Positions 13,415 through 26,800 of a DNA stretch of 64,000 nt are shown here, one piece after another. The stretch's first letter is position 1. Each line of letters begins with the position of its first letter. Both the position numbers and the translations under genes were made by a program. This DNA is from Lingula anatina (Eukaryota > Animalia > Brachiopoda). The stretch lies in assembly GCA_051362555.1 (NCBI GenBank), contig CM120640.1, positions 32,197,967 through 32,261,966 on the forward strand, written 5' to 3'. The notes under the pieces were generated by a model that worked only from the letters and a program-made list of their open reading frames with translations, was not told the DNA's origin and ran no database searches.

Positions 13415-14342
13415 CCATACATAAAATTAATTCAGTGTGGCCTAACCTAAAGTATCTTTTAATCATGACATACACATAAAATCCTTAAAAAAACAATTCA
13501 CATAGGAACTAACTCAAAGAGCCAAGTTAAAAGCATCACCAACTGATTTCCATGACTTATTGGAGAGGTGGGGATGTGAGTGGTTATAGGGGAAAGGGGT
13601 TATCAAGACTGAGGAGGGTCAGTATTTTGGGGAGTTTTATGTCAGATACTCCATTGGTAGATGATTGATAAAAAATGACCAAATTTGAATTCAACCCCAT
13701 TTCAGCATCCCAATTTCAGGGAAAAAAACAAGAACATAATACTTATTGTCAGTTAAGCTTTTCCAACCTAAGAGTTGAAACAGATACTTAAAATACAAGA
13801 AAAATGCAGTCAGCTAAACTTTTGAAGGTTTCTGTATGACAGATGTCCCCATTTCATTAATGTTTGTTTACACAAAATCTAAAATGACAGTTTTCATTCG
13901 TACATTTAAAATTTTACCACAAAAATGTTTCTAATAAATTCAATATAAATTCATTTGCCATTTGAACTGAAATTCAAATAAACCCAATTAGAATTCAAAT
14001 AAAAAAAAAAAAATAGAAATTTTCATGAATCTAAATGTTCAGTCCATTGGTGTGTTTAATTCCAGATAAAGTTGCCTTAAACAGCTTAGCCACTGTAAAT
14101 AACATGCTATCTGTAATCAATCACTCTGATATCTAACATGGACAACAGTATCCCTACTGTCAACAACACTTCCCACATAAATGTCACATAAAACAAAAAC
14201 TTTACATAAACCACTATAAATAGAAAAAATCTGGCAGAAAAGCCGATCAATATGAACAATTGAGCTGTTCCTGTTTACCTGCATAATCATACTTTGTATA
14301 GTTTTTATACATACTTGTTATATCCAAATCAATGTATCTTAC

Positions 14343-14388
14343 CTGAGCCATGCCTGGAAGGAATTTTTATCCAAGTGGGGCACAGCAT
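14343..14388 (-). CDS. candidate alternative first coding exon MLCPTWIKIPSRHGS(+1 nt)
   Basis: Good start context caaaATG with an upstream in-frame stop, 15 codons + G, and strong donor CAG|GTAAGA (phase 1). Confidence 0.45.
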
Positions 14389-17300
14389 TTTGAATATCCC
14401 CCTATTTCTTCTGAAGAACCTTACAAAACTAAATCAGTAACTGCAAGTTGCAAATCTCTCAAAGTGTCTCAAAACCCTGAAAAAAAATCTCTACCGTGAT
14501 GACAAGAGTTATCAGCTGTGTGCTAAACCTCTATGAAGCTTTACCACTAGAGCCGTCTGTTTTGCATAAATCATTATTTGTCACAAAACTAATGAACTTT
14601 CCAGGTTAATATAACATGCGCATGTAATTTCCTCAAGCAGCAGAACTGAGCGAGGGACTTGTCTCCTAACGCTTCCTTATGAAAGCATCTGTTAAGCTGT
14701 AAGGCTCTGGAACAAAATGCCACCTAGACAGTTGATTCCTTTAGTAAGCTCATAATCAAAGTGAAAGATGATGCGTCTATCAAAGGAATGAATAATAAAA
14801 CATTCTTCCGAGTGAAGGCATCTTTCCTGCAGTCTTCTGTTACATGCAAACACATCATCTAAATGTGGTGCAGAGGCCATCAGTCAATGACATAAATTCC
14901 ATTCTTTTGAAGTCACCATATGTTCGTGAAAATCTATTATGTCTGGAACACAGCTACATCAATAATTGAAACACAAATTAGCTTTTAAAATCACGATACA
15001 GACAACGTGAGCAAAGCTACGGCGTCATGCCTGTCACATCACAGAATGAGGAATCTCTTGGACCTGGCTCTGTCACCCAAGAGAGGCTTCTCGAGGCTGA
15101 TATTATATACTCGCCACCTTATAAGGTGCACCTGCATGATTCCCAGCAATGTAATTATTTACCTCCATGGAAATGCAATGCAATGGTGAGGAAAAATCTC
15201 ATTGTCGCCTCAGGTAAATATGATGCCATGATCAAGAACTTGAGTATATTTTTGGTTCATTGCAATATTTTTTTCCTACCTTAAAGATTCAGTCCAATTT
15301 ATTGTTTACTGGCCAAATTAGTGATAAAATTTGTAATAGAATTAAAACAATTAAGCAATGGGTGAAAATGCAATATAGTTTCAGAAGAAAATGGCAGAAA
15401 GAAGTTTTATTGCTTCAAATTAAAGGCATTTGATTTTTTTTTAAGCTTTTATAGCATCATTTGCCAAAATGTAAAATTCATTAGCTACAGAAAAAGAAAT
15501 GAAGTGAGATGGCACATGGAGACCCTTACTAGCAATGAAATATAGCTGATGCAATGAATGAATTGTCTAATTGGTAACATACAATACGGATGATATCTAT
15601 CCTACACAAACATATATCAATCAATAATTCCTCCAAATTGTTATGCCTCACAAATAAATCAAAAACATCCAAATGAAGAGTGTTCCACATAAGATGCTTG
15701 TAGCTTTAGGTAGATCAAAACACCAATCAACTATTGAGTACATCTTTTAATTACATCCATTTTTTTTTAATTTAAAGCCACATAATTCAGAATCCTCTAC
15801 AATCTGCCTATGTGGGCACTCCCCCCTTTTTGATCAATCAAAGGTTCCCCAGTGTAAACACTGCCTTCAATTCCAACAATAAAGTGCTGATTGCAAATGG
15901 ATGTTATCAAACCCCTAAAGCACCAGAAAATATACATTAGCATCTTCAGTATCACTATTATTATTATCATTTTTGATGACTGTTTGTATAGTTCAGTTTT
16001 GTCAGAAACTAGTTGTGTAAACTGATTATTCACTGCTCAGAGAATCCATAGAAATGCCTTGAGAAATGTTTTACACTGAAAAAAAAAGCTTTCTAAATTC
16101 TAAATGAATTATTATCATTCAATTTTTTATCTTTTGCTATTTTTTTTTTAATTTTTTTTATTTATTGTGGAAAAATACTTCATCTGGGTACTCTGTTGAA
16201 ATATGGTACAAGTTCATTCCATTAAAAGGTCTGTCAATAATTCAATTATACGATGAAGCGTCCATGATAAACTGAAATACATCACATTAAGTGAGTGCCC
16301 TTGCTTTCATTTCCTTTTTGCTTTGAATATCTGGTCTAGATGAACACAAAGAAGTACACTAATTACCTACTCTAGAAATAGAAATACCAAGGGAACTTCA
16401 GTTTTGAGAAACAAGTTTGTTAGGTCAACAAAAAATCTAGTTTGGTGTTAAGACCATAAAGTCAGACCAAATTCGATTCATCAGCCAGACAAGATAATGA
16501 AATTAAGGTCTTTTGTTGACCAAGTGTCTGGTTCATTCCAATTGAATGTGTCAGTAGAGCTTCTTGATTGCAGTACGCATATGTTGCTCAACAATCACAA
16601 TCCAGAAAATCCATATTTGCAGTTGTCCAAGTACCATGTTTTACATAACAGAAGTGTGCATTTCTGTCTAGAATATAAACACTGACTAGGATATTCTAAG
16701 AAAGAAATCTTCATTTACACAAACATGTGTCAGGTCATCTTTATTCCTGGGGCATGTGGCTCTACCTCAATGTTGTATTAAGAAGCATTTTGTTGAATCA
16801 AACTTGAAAATGAATTATGTTCAAAGATATTCAGCTAAGGAAACATTATATACCTAAACAATCCAATAAAAAGTGGAGCATCCTATCTACAATCACTCAC
16901 TCCTCAAACCTATGTGTCCTAGCGTTAAAACAAAATTTACAGCATAAGCGATTCCATCATTTATTATCTCTCTAGGGCGTTTTAGAATTTTCCACATTTT
17001 CAGTAATTGAATTTAAGATGCAGAAAATAAATTTTGTCTGCTACAAATACCATCAATTTCACTCCATTATCAAGGCGAGTTTAGTCATAGGATTCACACA
17101 CGCGCTCTCAAGTGTCCTCTTGACAAATTAAATTAGATGCATCACTAAGCTGGCTTCATACTAGCCATTCCCAGAGGCCAGGGCACTAACTGAAAGGGGT
17201 GTGTTTGTGTGTGATCAATTTCTGACAGATAAACAGACTCTTTTTTTTTTTGTCAATTTCACAGGTAATTTGTTACTACAGGTACAAAATAGTTAAATAT

Positions 17301-18432
17301 GTGAAATATGGAAATAGACAGAGCCACACACTTATTCAAACAGGATCACCATCATAAATCAATGGGGACATTTATAAATGAAGTTGCAATACATCATTAT
17401 AGGGTGAAAAGTGATACAAACTGCACCTACTTCCAGTAATAAGAAATGTATTTCTAGAAAACTGGCATGTGGTAATTTTTCAGAAAAGTTGATCGATCTT
17501 TTCTGCAGAAACCAGAGGTATTGATGTGAAAGTAACAGAAGAAACAAAAGTTAACCTTAAAATGAAAAAAAAATCCTAAATCACATCAGACAGTATAACT
17601 GTCTGCATATTGTCAGCCATATTGTGACATAGAAAAACTGAAACAAATCTCTTTAATACTTCAACATCCATCTCTTTTAAAAGCTGATGAAATGGAAATA
17701 TCTTTTAATGGGACAAGACTGATTTATAAATGTACATCAACCATTTTCAGCAAATAAATAACACAGACACCAGCACTATAAAAATTGACACTCATTGTAT
17801 GCTGAACCCATCCAATATCACATACATTAATCAAATTACACCAGACCATCTAAGATACTACTGCATGTACATGGGGTAAGCTGTTTAACCTTTGCAAATG
17901 CACTTAACATTAATAAAAATATTGGGGGGAAAAAAATCACAAAAATAGGCAAATGTCTAAGCAGAAAAAGTCCATGGACTGGTGCCCTATTGTGTACACT
18001 ACACAGGTGAGCCAAACTGACCAAATGTCAGGCTATATAGGTACATGTTTACAGGAGGGCCTGCTTAATGACTTCAGCTCCTCGTTATCTAGGCACCAAC
18101 ATTACACTACCCTCAAACGTGCACTGACAGTGGTCATGAGGTGATGAAGGTCTTTTCAGCACTTTAAGTTGATAAAACTGTCCATTTTACAGACCTAAAA
18201 ACATGTTTAAAATCGTTCGGAGAGAAAATTGATACTAAAGGCACAGACCCCTAGATATTCATTTTACAAACCAAATTTTGTTTGAACATTTCTTTATGCT
18301 CTAGTGTGTTGATTGGTGTTTTAACTTACTCCCTAGACTCCCATTAATTTTCTGGGGATTTTGTGGATGGTAACCACTAACACTGCACTTTTTTTTTTGT
18401 CAAAGCCAGCAGCAAATCACTTGGGACATGCA

Positions 18433-18486
18433 TCAGTCAGTCTTCATACTTCAGTCAGTTCATATGTTTCAGTCAGTCTTCATACT
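18433..18486. repeat. minisatellite, 3 x 18 bp
   Basis: tcagtcagtcttcatact / tcagtcagttcatatgtt / tcagtcagtcttcatact. Confidence 0.8.
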
Positions 18487-20361
18487 TCAACTTAGAACAC
18501 TAACTACTAAGGGGAAAGAATACTCAAACCATAATCTTTAACAGCATCGTTTATGGTGGTATCATAACATACTGAAAGTGAAATATCAGATCAGAGATAA
18601 AAGTAAAACAATTCTTCATTGATGTAAAGTGAAGCATGTTGTAAAGGGAATATTTTTATATTTTAAAATTGTACAATATAGATGTATAACAGACTTCTTT
18701 TCTATATAATCTTAGAGTTCTACTATCTAAGAAAGCTATCAATTTTCAAAGAAACCCATCATGTTTACTAAATGAACAAACCAAATGCTGATATTTTCTT
18801 TCCCTTTCAAATAGAATTCACCCTGTCACATTTCTAAGAAAAAAAAAACAGTTCACATCAGATACTGCCGAGAAAAAAAATATGACAAACATAATGAGAA
18901 AGAATCCAAACAAAGTACATTTTCTGTGATTTACACTTCCATTCTTATTCATCATATTCCTACTGTTCTGTCATAGCTAAAAGGTCAGCTACTGCAAAAT
19001 AAAAGAAATGCTCTGCATTCCACATTGCAGTTGACAAAGAATTCTATTAATTTGAAACACCATGACATTACATTTTCTAACTGAGGGTTTGTAGACTTTG
19101 ATACAATTTTTAATGAGTTATCTGATGATGTCAATATCTTTTTACCAAACAAAGCCACTATGCAAATGTGAATAAAAACAAAAATACAATTTGGCAACAT
19201 ACGTGTCAGACAGCAACAGCGATTACACAGACAGACACAGTGATCATAAACATATACAGACATATACGTCAAATGTTTTTTTCCACTCTGCAAAATAGTA
19301 CGATTATCCCAACAATTTTTCCACTCCACTGTTCCACAGCTTCTGGCTAAGTGTCTTCAAAGTGTGTCTGTCCATTATCAATTGACTGTTATTTCAGTCT
19401 CACTGCTATAATTCCATTCCTCCCAGGCAAAGCCTGATGATACCATATATCTATATTAACTCAATGAAAAATTTTCCTGACACTGCCTGACTTATGCAAT
19501 AACAGCCCCTATTGAAAGTAGCTAAAAAGCCTATCAAATACTCCATCCTATTGCTAACTTACTAAACAGGAAGAAGCATTTTATCTTCTTTTACTCCCAA
19601 CTGCCAATAACAGTATAGTTTTAGTAGCCAAAGGATTCCAATTTGAATACTTGCCATTAGTTTGAAAGCTGAAGTCATCTTTCAACAAAATAAATAATTA
19701 CATTATTACTTTCATCTTCTCCATCAATTTACTCTTTATCTTCTCCATCAATGCAGTTTTAATTTTCAAACAAAACTGTTTATTTAAAAAAAATTTATAC
19801 ATGTACATTAAAAAATTCCCATTAAAGAAATTTAATTTGACATCAAGGATAAAATATTTCAATACATTAACAATTTACCATAGCCCAGTTAAAATGAAGT
19901 CCAGATAGAAAAACAGGTACCATATAATATTCACTACATACAGAAATTTAGGTTATTCATCACCAGCTCAGAGGACCAACTGCTGTGGCCAGTTATATAT
20001 ACCAACCTAACTTTATTGGAAATCCTACTTAACCCCCCCTCCCCTCCTCTGGCACCCCTTGTTATTAAGAAGAATGGAATCCATTCACCAACTCATCCAA
20101 AAGTTGGTCCTATAACTCCTTTTGCTTATCAATGATTACTACAGGGACAGAGAAGACAGACCAACAAAAACCTTTCCCTAAACTCCTGAATACCAAAGTG
20201 CATATAACCAGGTATTTGTTTCATTAAATACAACAAATTAATTTATAAAACAAGGGATGATATGTTAAAACTCATTGAAGAGTACAGGAGTAAGCAGTCC
20301 AAGAAGATTTCTCCCACAACATGTAGCATGTTAGTATGTATGGTAAAAAGTCAGTGTCTTA

Positions 20362-20568
20362 GGGTGCATTCCCAGAGATTTAGATTTAGATCGACCTAAC
20401 TCCCTGGGGGTTCATGCTAAATTGCAGTCAGCCGAGTGCGCACGGTAGTCAATTACCCCCTTACAGCTTTTAGTAGGCGGGACAGACGTTTAAACCGGCA
20501 AAGCTGACAGTAATCTAGTGAGACTCCCCACAGGGATAGATCGATCTAAAATCTATGGGAATGGGGTC
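20362..20568 (+). mobile_element. 207-bp PIF/Harbinger (Tourist-like) MITE, copy 1
   Basis: Imperfect TIR (gggtgcattcccagagatttagat...atctaaaatctatgggaatggggtc) and 3-bp TSD TTA. Homologous to 32834-33051. Confidence 0.75.
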
Positions 20569-20689
20569 TTATAGACAGCACTCCCCTGTGTCTCAGTGAT
20601 GTATAATTACCTAAGATGACAACATGTCTGGCAAATGTTTTGGTCTCGATTCAGACTGGGTGAAGACATTTTCCCCTCCCTGGGGAGGA

Positions 20690-20860
20690 TACAGCCCAGC
20701 TGACCTGTAGGGCACTAAAACTTTGCATACAAATAATGCCTTTCAATGCCAGGCCAAGAGCAAAGAGCCAAGCCAGGAGACAGCAGGTACCTTAAGCTTT
20801 AAGAAGGACTTTCGTGTTCAACTTTCATCCCAGAAAGGGATTTAACCCATTCTAACCACA
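20690..20860 (-). mobile_element. possible degraded SINE fragment
   Basis: ttcaatgccagg...gccaagccaggagacagcaggtacc resembles, from memory, the antisense central domain of common mollusc tRNA-derived SINEs. No intact A/B boxes are visible. Confidence 0.3.
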
Positions 20861-22122
20861 AGGCCATTCATTCAGTCTGCACAGACATATATATCCATGT
20901 CTGACTTTGATTCAACAAGACTGTATGACCTAGCACGTGTCAGACTGATCTCTCCAGGGAAAAAGGCCCATTATTGGTAAACTTGTCCCTTCAATCAAAT
21001 TTCAGCCTGAACATAACCCACAATTCAATGGAGGTAATTTAAAAGAAGCAATTTAACTGATAAAAAAGTAAAATAGTATTATTAGGTCCCTAATGCATTC
21101 TTGTTGTCAAGCTGTTCATGCTTTTACTGTTCAGAACTGATTGGTACTTTTTTAATACAAAATCATAAGAGGTAAACTTTATTACTTTTATTTTTCTTAC
21201 ATCAGAATATTATGGACCTGTACTGAAACTTTTCCCACAAAATTATATCAAAAATACAAAAATATATAAAAAATCATTGGCCCATTTTAGGATCTACTAT
21301 AATAAGATCAAGTCTAAGATGAACCACACTTCCATTTGGGAACTACACTATAACTACAAGGCCATATTCAATAACTTTGCTGAAAATGTGACAAAAATCG
21401 AACCTGATCAGAGGATCTCCAATACATAATTGATACATTCCAGGTTCAATCTAAAACAGATTTACACTCAATGCCAAAGCATCCAGAAGCTGACAAAAGT
21501 ACTTTTTTCATAATAAGTTTAAGTAAAAAAACTGCATCTGCATAGATATGACATGATTAAGCTGAAGATCACAGTTAGAAATGACAGTCAGTGCAGATAT
21601 GAAATGTAAGGTACAAACTCAATTCCTCAAAAGGATATGAAACCTTTAGAATATGTCACTCCTACTGAGAAAATTCAAAGTGTTAGGGCACTAGATAGTT
21701 CAGATCTGATTAAGCGTATCACATGTCAAGCTGTTCGTCTCCCAGGAGTAAAGAACGTATAAGCAATAGTCAGTATAAATGCCAAGATTTTCAAAGATTG
21801 CTCTCAAAAATGAACAATTATTACATCTGCTGGCTAAAACAGTTAAACAGGTTAAAATCTATAATACTGATTAACATTACATAACCCCCACACACAATAA
21901 TAATCAAAGGATCTGGGTTGCATAAAAAAAGATGTTGGCAGGCTTCACTTATTACCAAATTGTACCAATCATTCAAAGTAAAGAAATGCAAATGAAACAA
22001 TCACATTCACTATTCATATGGGAGTTTCCCAGGGGTTCCCCCATCATCCCCCAACCCATTAGTAAAAATAATTGAGAACTTGAGATGCCATTATACCAGT
22101 AGATTGACATTTTGTGATTATT

Positions 22123-22156
<34 letters not shown>

Positions 22157-23813
22157 TTGTCAAACCACCTCAATTTCATTCACATAGTTTCTTTTAATTT
22201 ATTTTTTTCAAATCATATTTGTAAATTAAACCGCATACAATGTTGGAACTGTTATGCATTACTGAAGAGTGCACACATTTAGTACAATGTCACAGCTAGC
22301 TTGCTTAAAATCTATTCCTATAGACCCTCTTTTTTCCTTTAGTTCATGCAGTCCAAAAGGGCACCTCAAGACTAAAAAAAAAAGATTATATACTAACCGA
22401 TAATTTTAAAACAATAAAAAATGAGAGAATTTCATAAAAATGTCTACAATAAAAATTGCCACAAATAGTTTTCAGCATGTTAAATGGGAGTGGATATGGT
22501 TTTACCATAATTATCATTCCTTTAGAAAACCCATTCCCATAAGACACGCATGCACAGCAACAAGACAGACAAACACAGACAAAAAACTTCCTTGGCAGAG
22601 GTAACAATAATGAATTGCAAAGCTCAGTGCATAGCCTGGGCAGTGGTATAAACTAATTGGTGGACAGCAGTGCATCACTGTCCATCAACACACTTGTAGA
22701 AATATATTTGGTCCTGACATTCATAATCTGTTCCTGTGCATCAAATGAAACATGTAGGTGGAAATGAACAGTCTGTCTATTAGATAATTTCTCTTCTCAA
22801 CATCATGGAGCCTCTTGAACTGCAATTTCTAACATATGTACATAGATTATACACCTCTGCATTTGCTCGCTGTTCTTTCACTTTCCCATTAAGATTTTTC
22901 TGAAGCATACCCATCTGGGCACTGACACTATGGCTAATATCAAAATACTGAGATTATTTTTTCTTTTTATATTATCCCACTTTGTTGTCAAAACTGATAT
23001 AAACACTTAGAACTGCCCTTTCTCCAAAGAGCTACACACATGCTTACTCTAAGAAAACTACTTTATTCCGACTGCTTCAAATGTATTTATATTAATCGAC
23101 TAAAAACTGTCTGTAACTTAAGTGGTAATGGCACTTTGTGTAACCTTATTCGTGGTGCCACCAAGCAACATAAAAACCCATAAACTGTTTTGAACAAAAT
23201 CCAACAAATGGCTATCTTGGTCTTTACTTCTAAATCAAGTAGCTGTGTTCTTATCAAGTTAGTGTCTAGTTGCACAGTAATTGTTTGCTTTAATATTGCA
23301 TTGGTCATTAGGATTATTCACCCAAAGACTTTAAGGTCAAACAGCAAACTAAATTAGTGTCCTTACCCATGTCACTTCTCTGTTTAACTTGCATTGCAAT
23401 CATCAAAATACAACACAATTATAATTAGGTCTCTTTTCATTCATTTCCTACATTGAATATTATTATTTTATTTTAAATCAAAAATACATTTATACCAAAA
23501 ATCACTGTTGAATATCAAAACACAAATGTTTAATCATTTATGCAAAAAAATAGGATTATCAAAATATCCTAACAGTATATATACTTAACGATCACTGTCA
23601 ATCATCTTTAATTACATTCTAAATAATTGAAATTTTACCTATTAAATCCTAACAGCAAAAGCACAATCTTAATGTGAGTGTAATAAAAGCAATATGCTAT
23701 ACATGTCACCATTGCCCTCGAGAAGCATTTTCTGTTTTCTCTCTGCAATATCTAATTAGATAAAAAAATCCTTAATTCACAGTAATGATCATGAAGCTTT
23801 AGGTTTTACCTAC

Positions 23814-23862
23814 CCACATTAAATACAACCCGGTCCACCAATCTAGCAACTTGATTGCCCAT
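23814..23862 (-). CDS. candidate alternative first coding exon MGNQVARLVDRVVFNV(+1 nt), N-myristoylation-type start
   Basis: ccATGG, 16 codons + G, donor TGG|GTAGGT (phase 1). GNQVA resembles GNVA of the 44369 and 38995 exons. Confidence 0.55.
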
Positions 23863-26800
23863 GGAATAAAATGTTCAGTTTACATCCACAGTTTGGTCCT
23901 TGGTAATGAAGGCCTATGTATGTGTAAATATATATACATATATCTACTACTCTTTTATGTTGGGTGATAAGGATTCCTACTAAAAATATCTAGATAAATC
24001 AGATGATGATGTTGTTGTCTACGACTGAGGGACTTGTCAGTGACCTGTTCTACCTCCACTGCCTTGTCAACCTGATGCTTCTACTGTGGCAATTCTAATA
24101 TCAAAGCAGTCATTCAGAGAGTTCTTCAGGATCGCTAAGAAACCAATGCAAGTAGTTGGCTGGTCGTCTGGCTCTCTATATACAGCTTCATGTATCACAG
24201 TATTCATTCCTAGCTAGGAGCAAGCAAGGCAAACCAGTTTACTGTGGAAGTATTGCATGTCATTCAGCGTGCTGTGTTGCTGTCCTATACCACAATAATG
24301 AAGACAGCTAATAGCTTTTCAGGTAACAGAGTATGAACTGCTAACAAATTTCCTTTCTAATCAGTGAAAAGACTTTCCTCAAGGAAGCCTCAGCCTACGG
24401 TATGTTTAACCAAACATTGACTCTGTGTACAAGCTGGTTAATATGTCCTTTACAGCATGTATTATGCAAGAATACAAAGGGGTTTATATAAAATGCAAAG
24501 CCTTGGGACTTGCCAGAAAACGGTATTTATGATCATTCAATTCCTTTGCAAACAAACTATAATACTTAATGCTTTCCTGGTATTTTTGCCACATAGAAGA
24601 ATTTACATGAAATCTTGGGAGACAAAAATTCCTAAAACTGCCTTGAGCCACCTTGGTGGAGTTGAGTATACTAATTGATGTTCATGACTGCAATAAATGT
24701 CACACCCAGATAAACCATGTTTTAACTGTCACCTAAGCTGCAAGCTCAATAAGAAGCCTGTGGAGCCCAGTGTGACTTGTGCTTCATAAATGCAATAGGG
24801 CTCGGCCTGGGGGAGTTTTATCATACTGAATCATGCGCTGATGCCAACAGTGTAACTTGCTGTTGAAAATGTAAGCCATTACAAGTACGTAGGAGGGATT
24901 TTGAGTGATGAAAAGCTTCAATTAGTAAAATGTCACACAAGTTTTCTGGCGTTACAACACCAGCCCCTTCAAAGAAGAAAACCACTTCTGTGTCTAATAG
25001 CAGTTAATTTTAGATTCCTCTTTCCAAGAAATGCCATAGGAGAAATGAATTTTTTTTTTTTTTTTTTTTTTTTCCTGAAACAGACGTCACACAAATAATG
25101 GTTTTAGGATTGCTATTCCTCTCTGACAAAAGAAGCTTAGATATGTTCACATATTCATAGTTACCAAATCATTCTGTCTATCATTATCAAATTGTATACA
25201 CTATTCATGGAGATAAATGGTCAAAAAAATAAAAGGTGGATAAATACTTAGATTTTCTTTCATTCCTGTTGTATATTAAGATAGCATTTAGCAACAGTTA
25301 AGGTTAATTAATGCCTTAACATATGTCATGGCAACCATGTTAAGATTGAGAATTAGACAAATTTTGACAACCACAAACCAATGAAATAAATGGCAAAACT
25401 AGCAAATAAGAAAGAAAGATGTTCATATTTCAAAGAACAACACTGTATAGTGATAAAAGGCGACTGAAAGCAAGCCTATAAAATCAGACGACAATCAGCA
25501 ATTTCATAAGCCATATACACCTGGATGACAATCATCATAATTGTATTTATTTATTTATTTACGAAATTTGACTTATTTAATCATAAAAATCACAAATAAA
25601 GTGTTTTTTGAAATGGTACACAATGAAGTCAACTTCAGCAGCAACACATGAAAGTAAACACACCAGGCAAGATATCTTGTCCAAGATAATGATATAATGG
25701 GAGAATTCATTCACTGGTCAAACTGCATCATTTTGCAGCTAAATATGGTTGTTAGATTAGCCAACGTAAAAAAGCAGTTCCAGTATCTTTTTTTTTTTTT
25801 TTTTTGCCATCCTCATCAACAGCTAAACCCCAAATGTGCCTTTATAAGTGATTGCATTCAAAATTGTCTGTGAAAGTCTCAGGGATGAAACTAGCAGGGC
25901 TGATGGATATAGCTTTTTGAGAAAATAAATGAATGTCATAACATTTTCCATAAATGAGAGAACATCTTTCAAAATGCTTTCTCTGTAAAACAATTTTCAA
26001 CAAGTGAACATTTCAGTACTTATATAAATATCATGCACCATAAATGAGGTTATAGATAAAGATAGTAAATAATCTCAAATGTGTTCTCCACCACTTTTTA
26101 AAAAACTCAATTGCAGCAAGTTATAACACTGAAGTCAAAATATTGTTAAATATCAAATAAACTTGTATGAGTAACAGAGAACTAATTAATCTAATTTTCT
26201 GCTTTCCAGGGCAGCATAAATTCAATGAAAATGCATCCATTTGATTACACCCTCCAGTAGTATCTATAGTCTGACAGTATATTGTACTTAAATTTTTACT
26301 CTGTTTTAAATCTACATTACCAAAGACATTAATTACTTTTACACTCTTACATCTTGTGTCAAATGAAGGATAAAATGATCCATAACTACTAACTCGAAGA
26401 GAAGACATAACAGAAAAAAAACATAATAATACTGGATATAGGCCAATGAAGAGTGAAAAAAATCAATAGCAGCAACATGGAGACCAACTGTGTTACATGA
26501 TCAGTCTTTCGACTTGTCTGCAATCTTGAAACATGAACTTTAACACAGCTCTAAAATAATTCCCATATATGAGGAAAGAATGAGCATATCAAGTAACTAA
26601 AAAAAGATTACTTCTTGCGTAGTTAATAAGACTAAATTGGATGGTTTAAGAAAGCACTGACTTATGTGGCTCCAAACACCATAGTCTTTCAGTGTTTCAG
26701 AAATTGCCTAGAATTTATAGGTATCTTTTCCATTTTCTGAAGTCCTATCTTTTTTTACCAGGCTAGAAGCCAAATAACTGGAGAAGACATTTTAATGTAC

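Noticed and set aside
23367-23403. Phase-1 candidate MIAMQVKQRSDM with donor TGG|GTAAGG (similarly MCIIHSAWNK at 40380-40410)
   Set aside because: Short, with no independent support; such ATG-donor pairs occur by chance.
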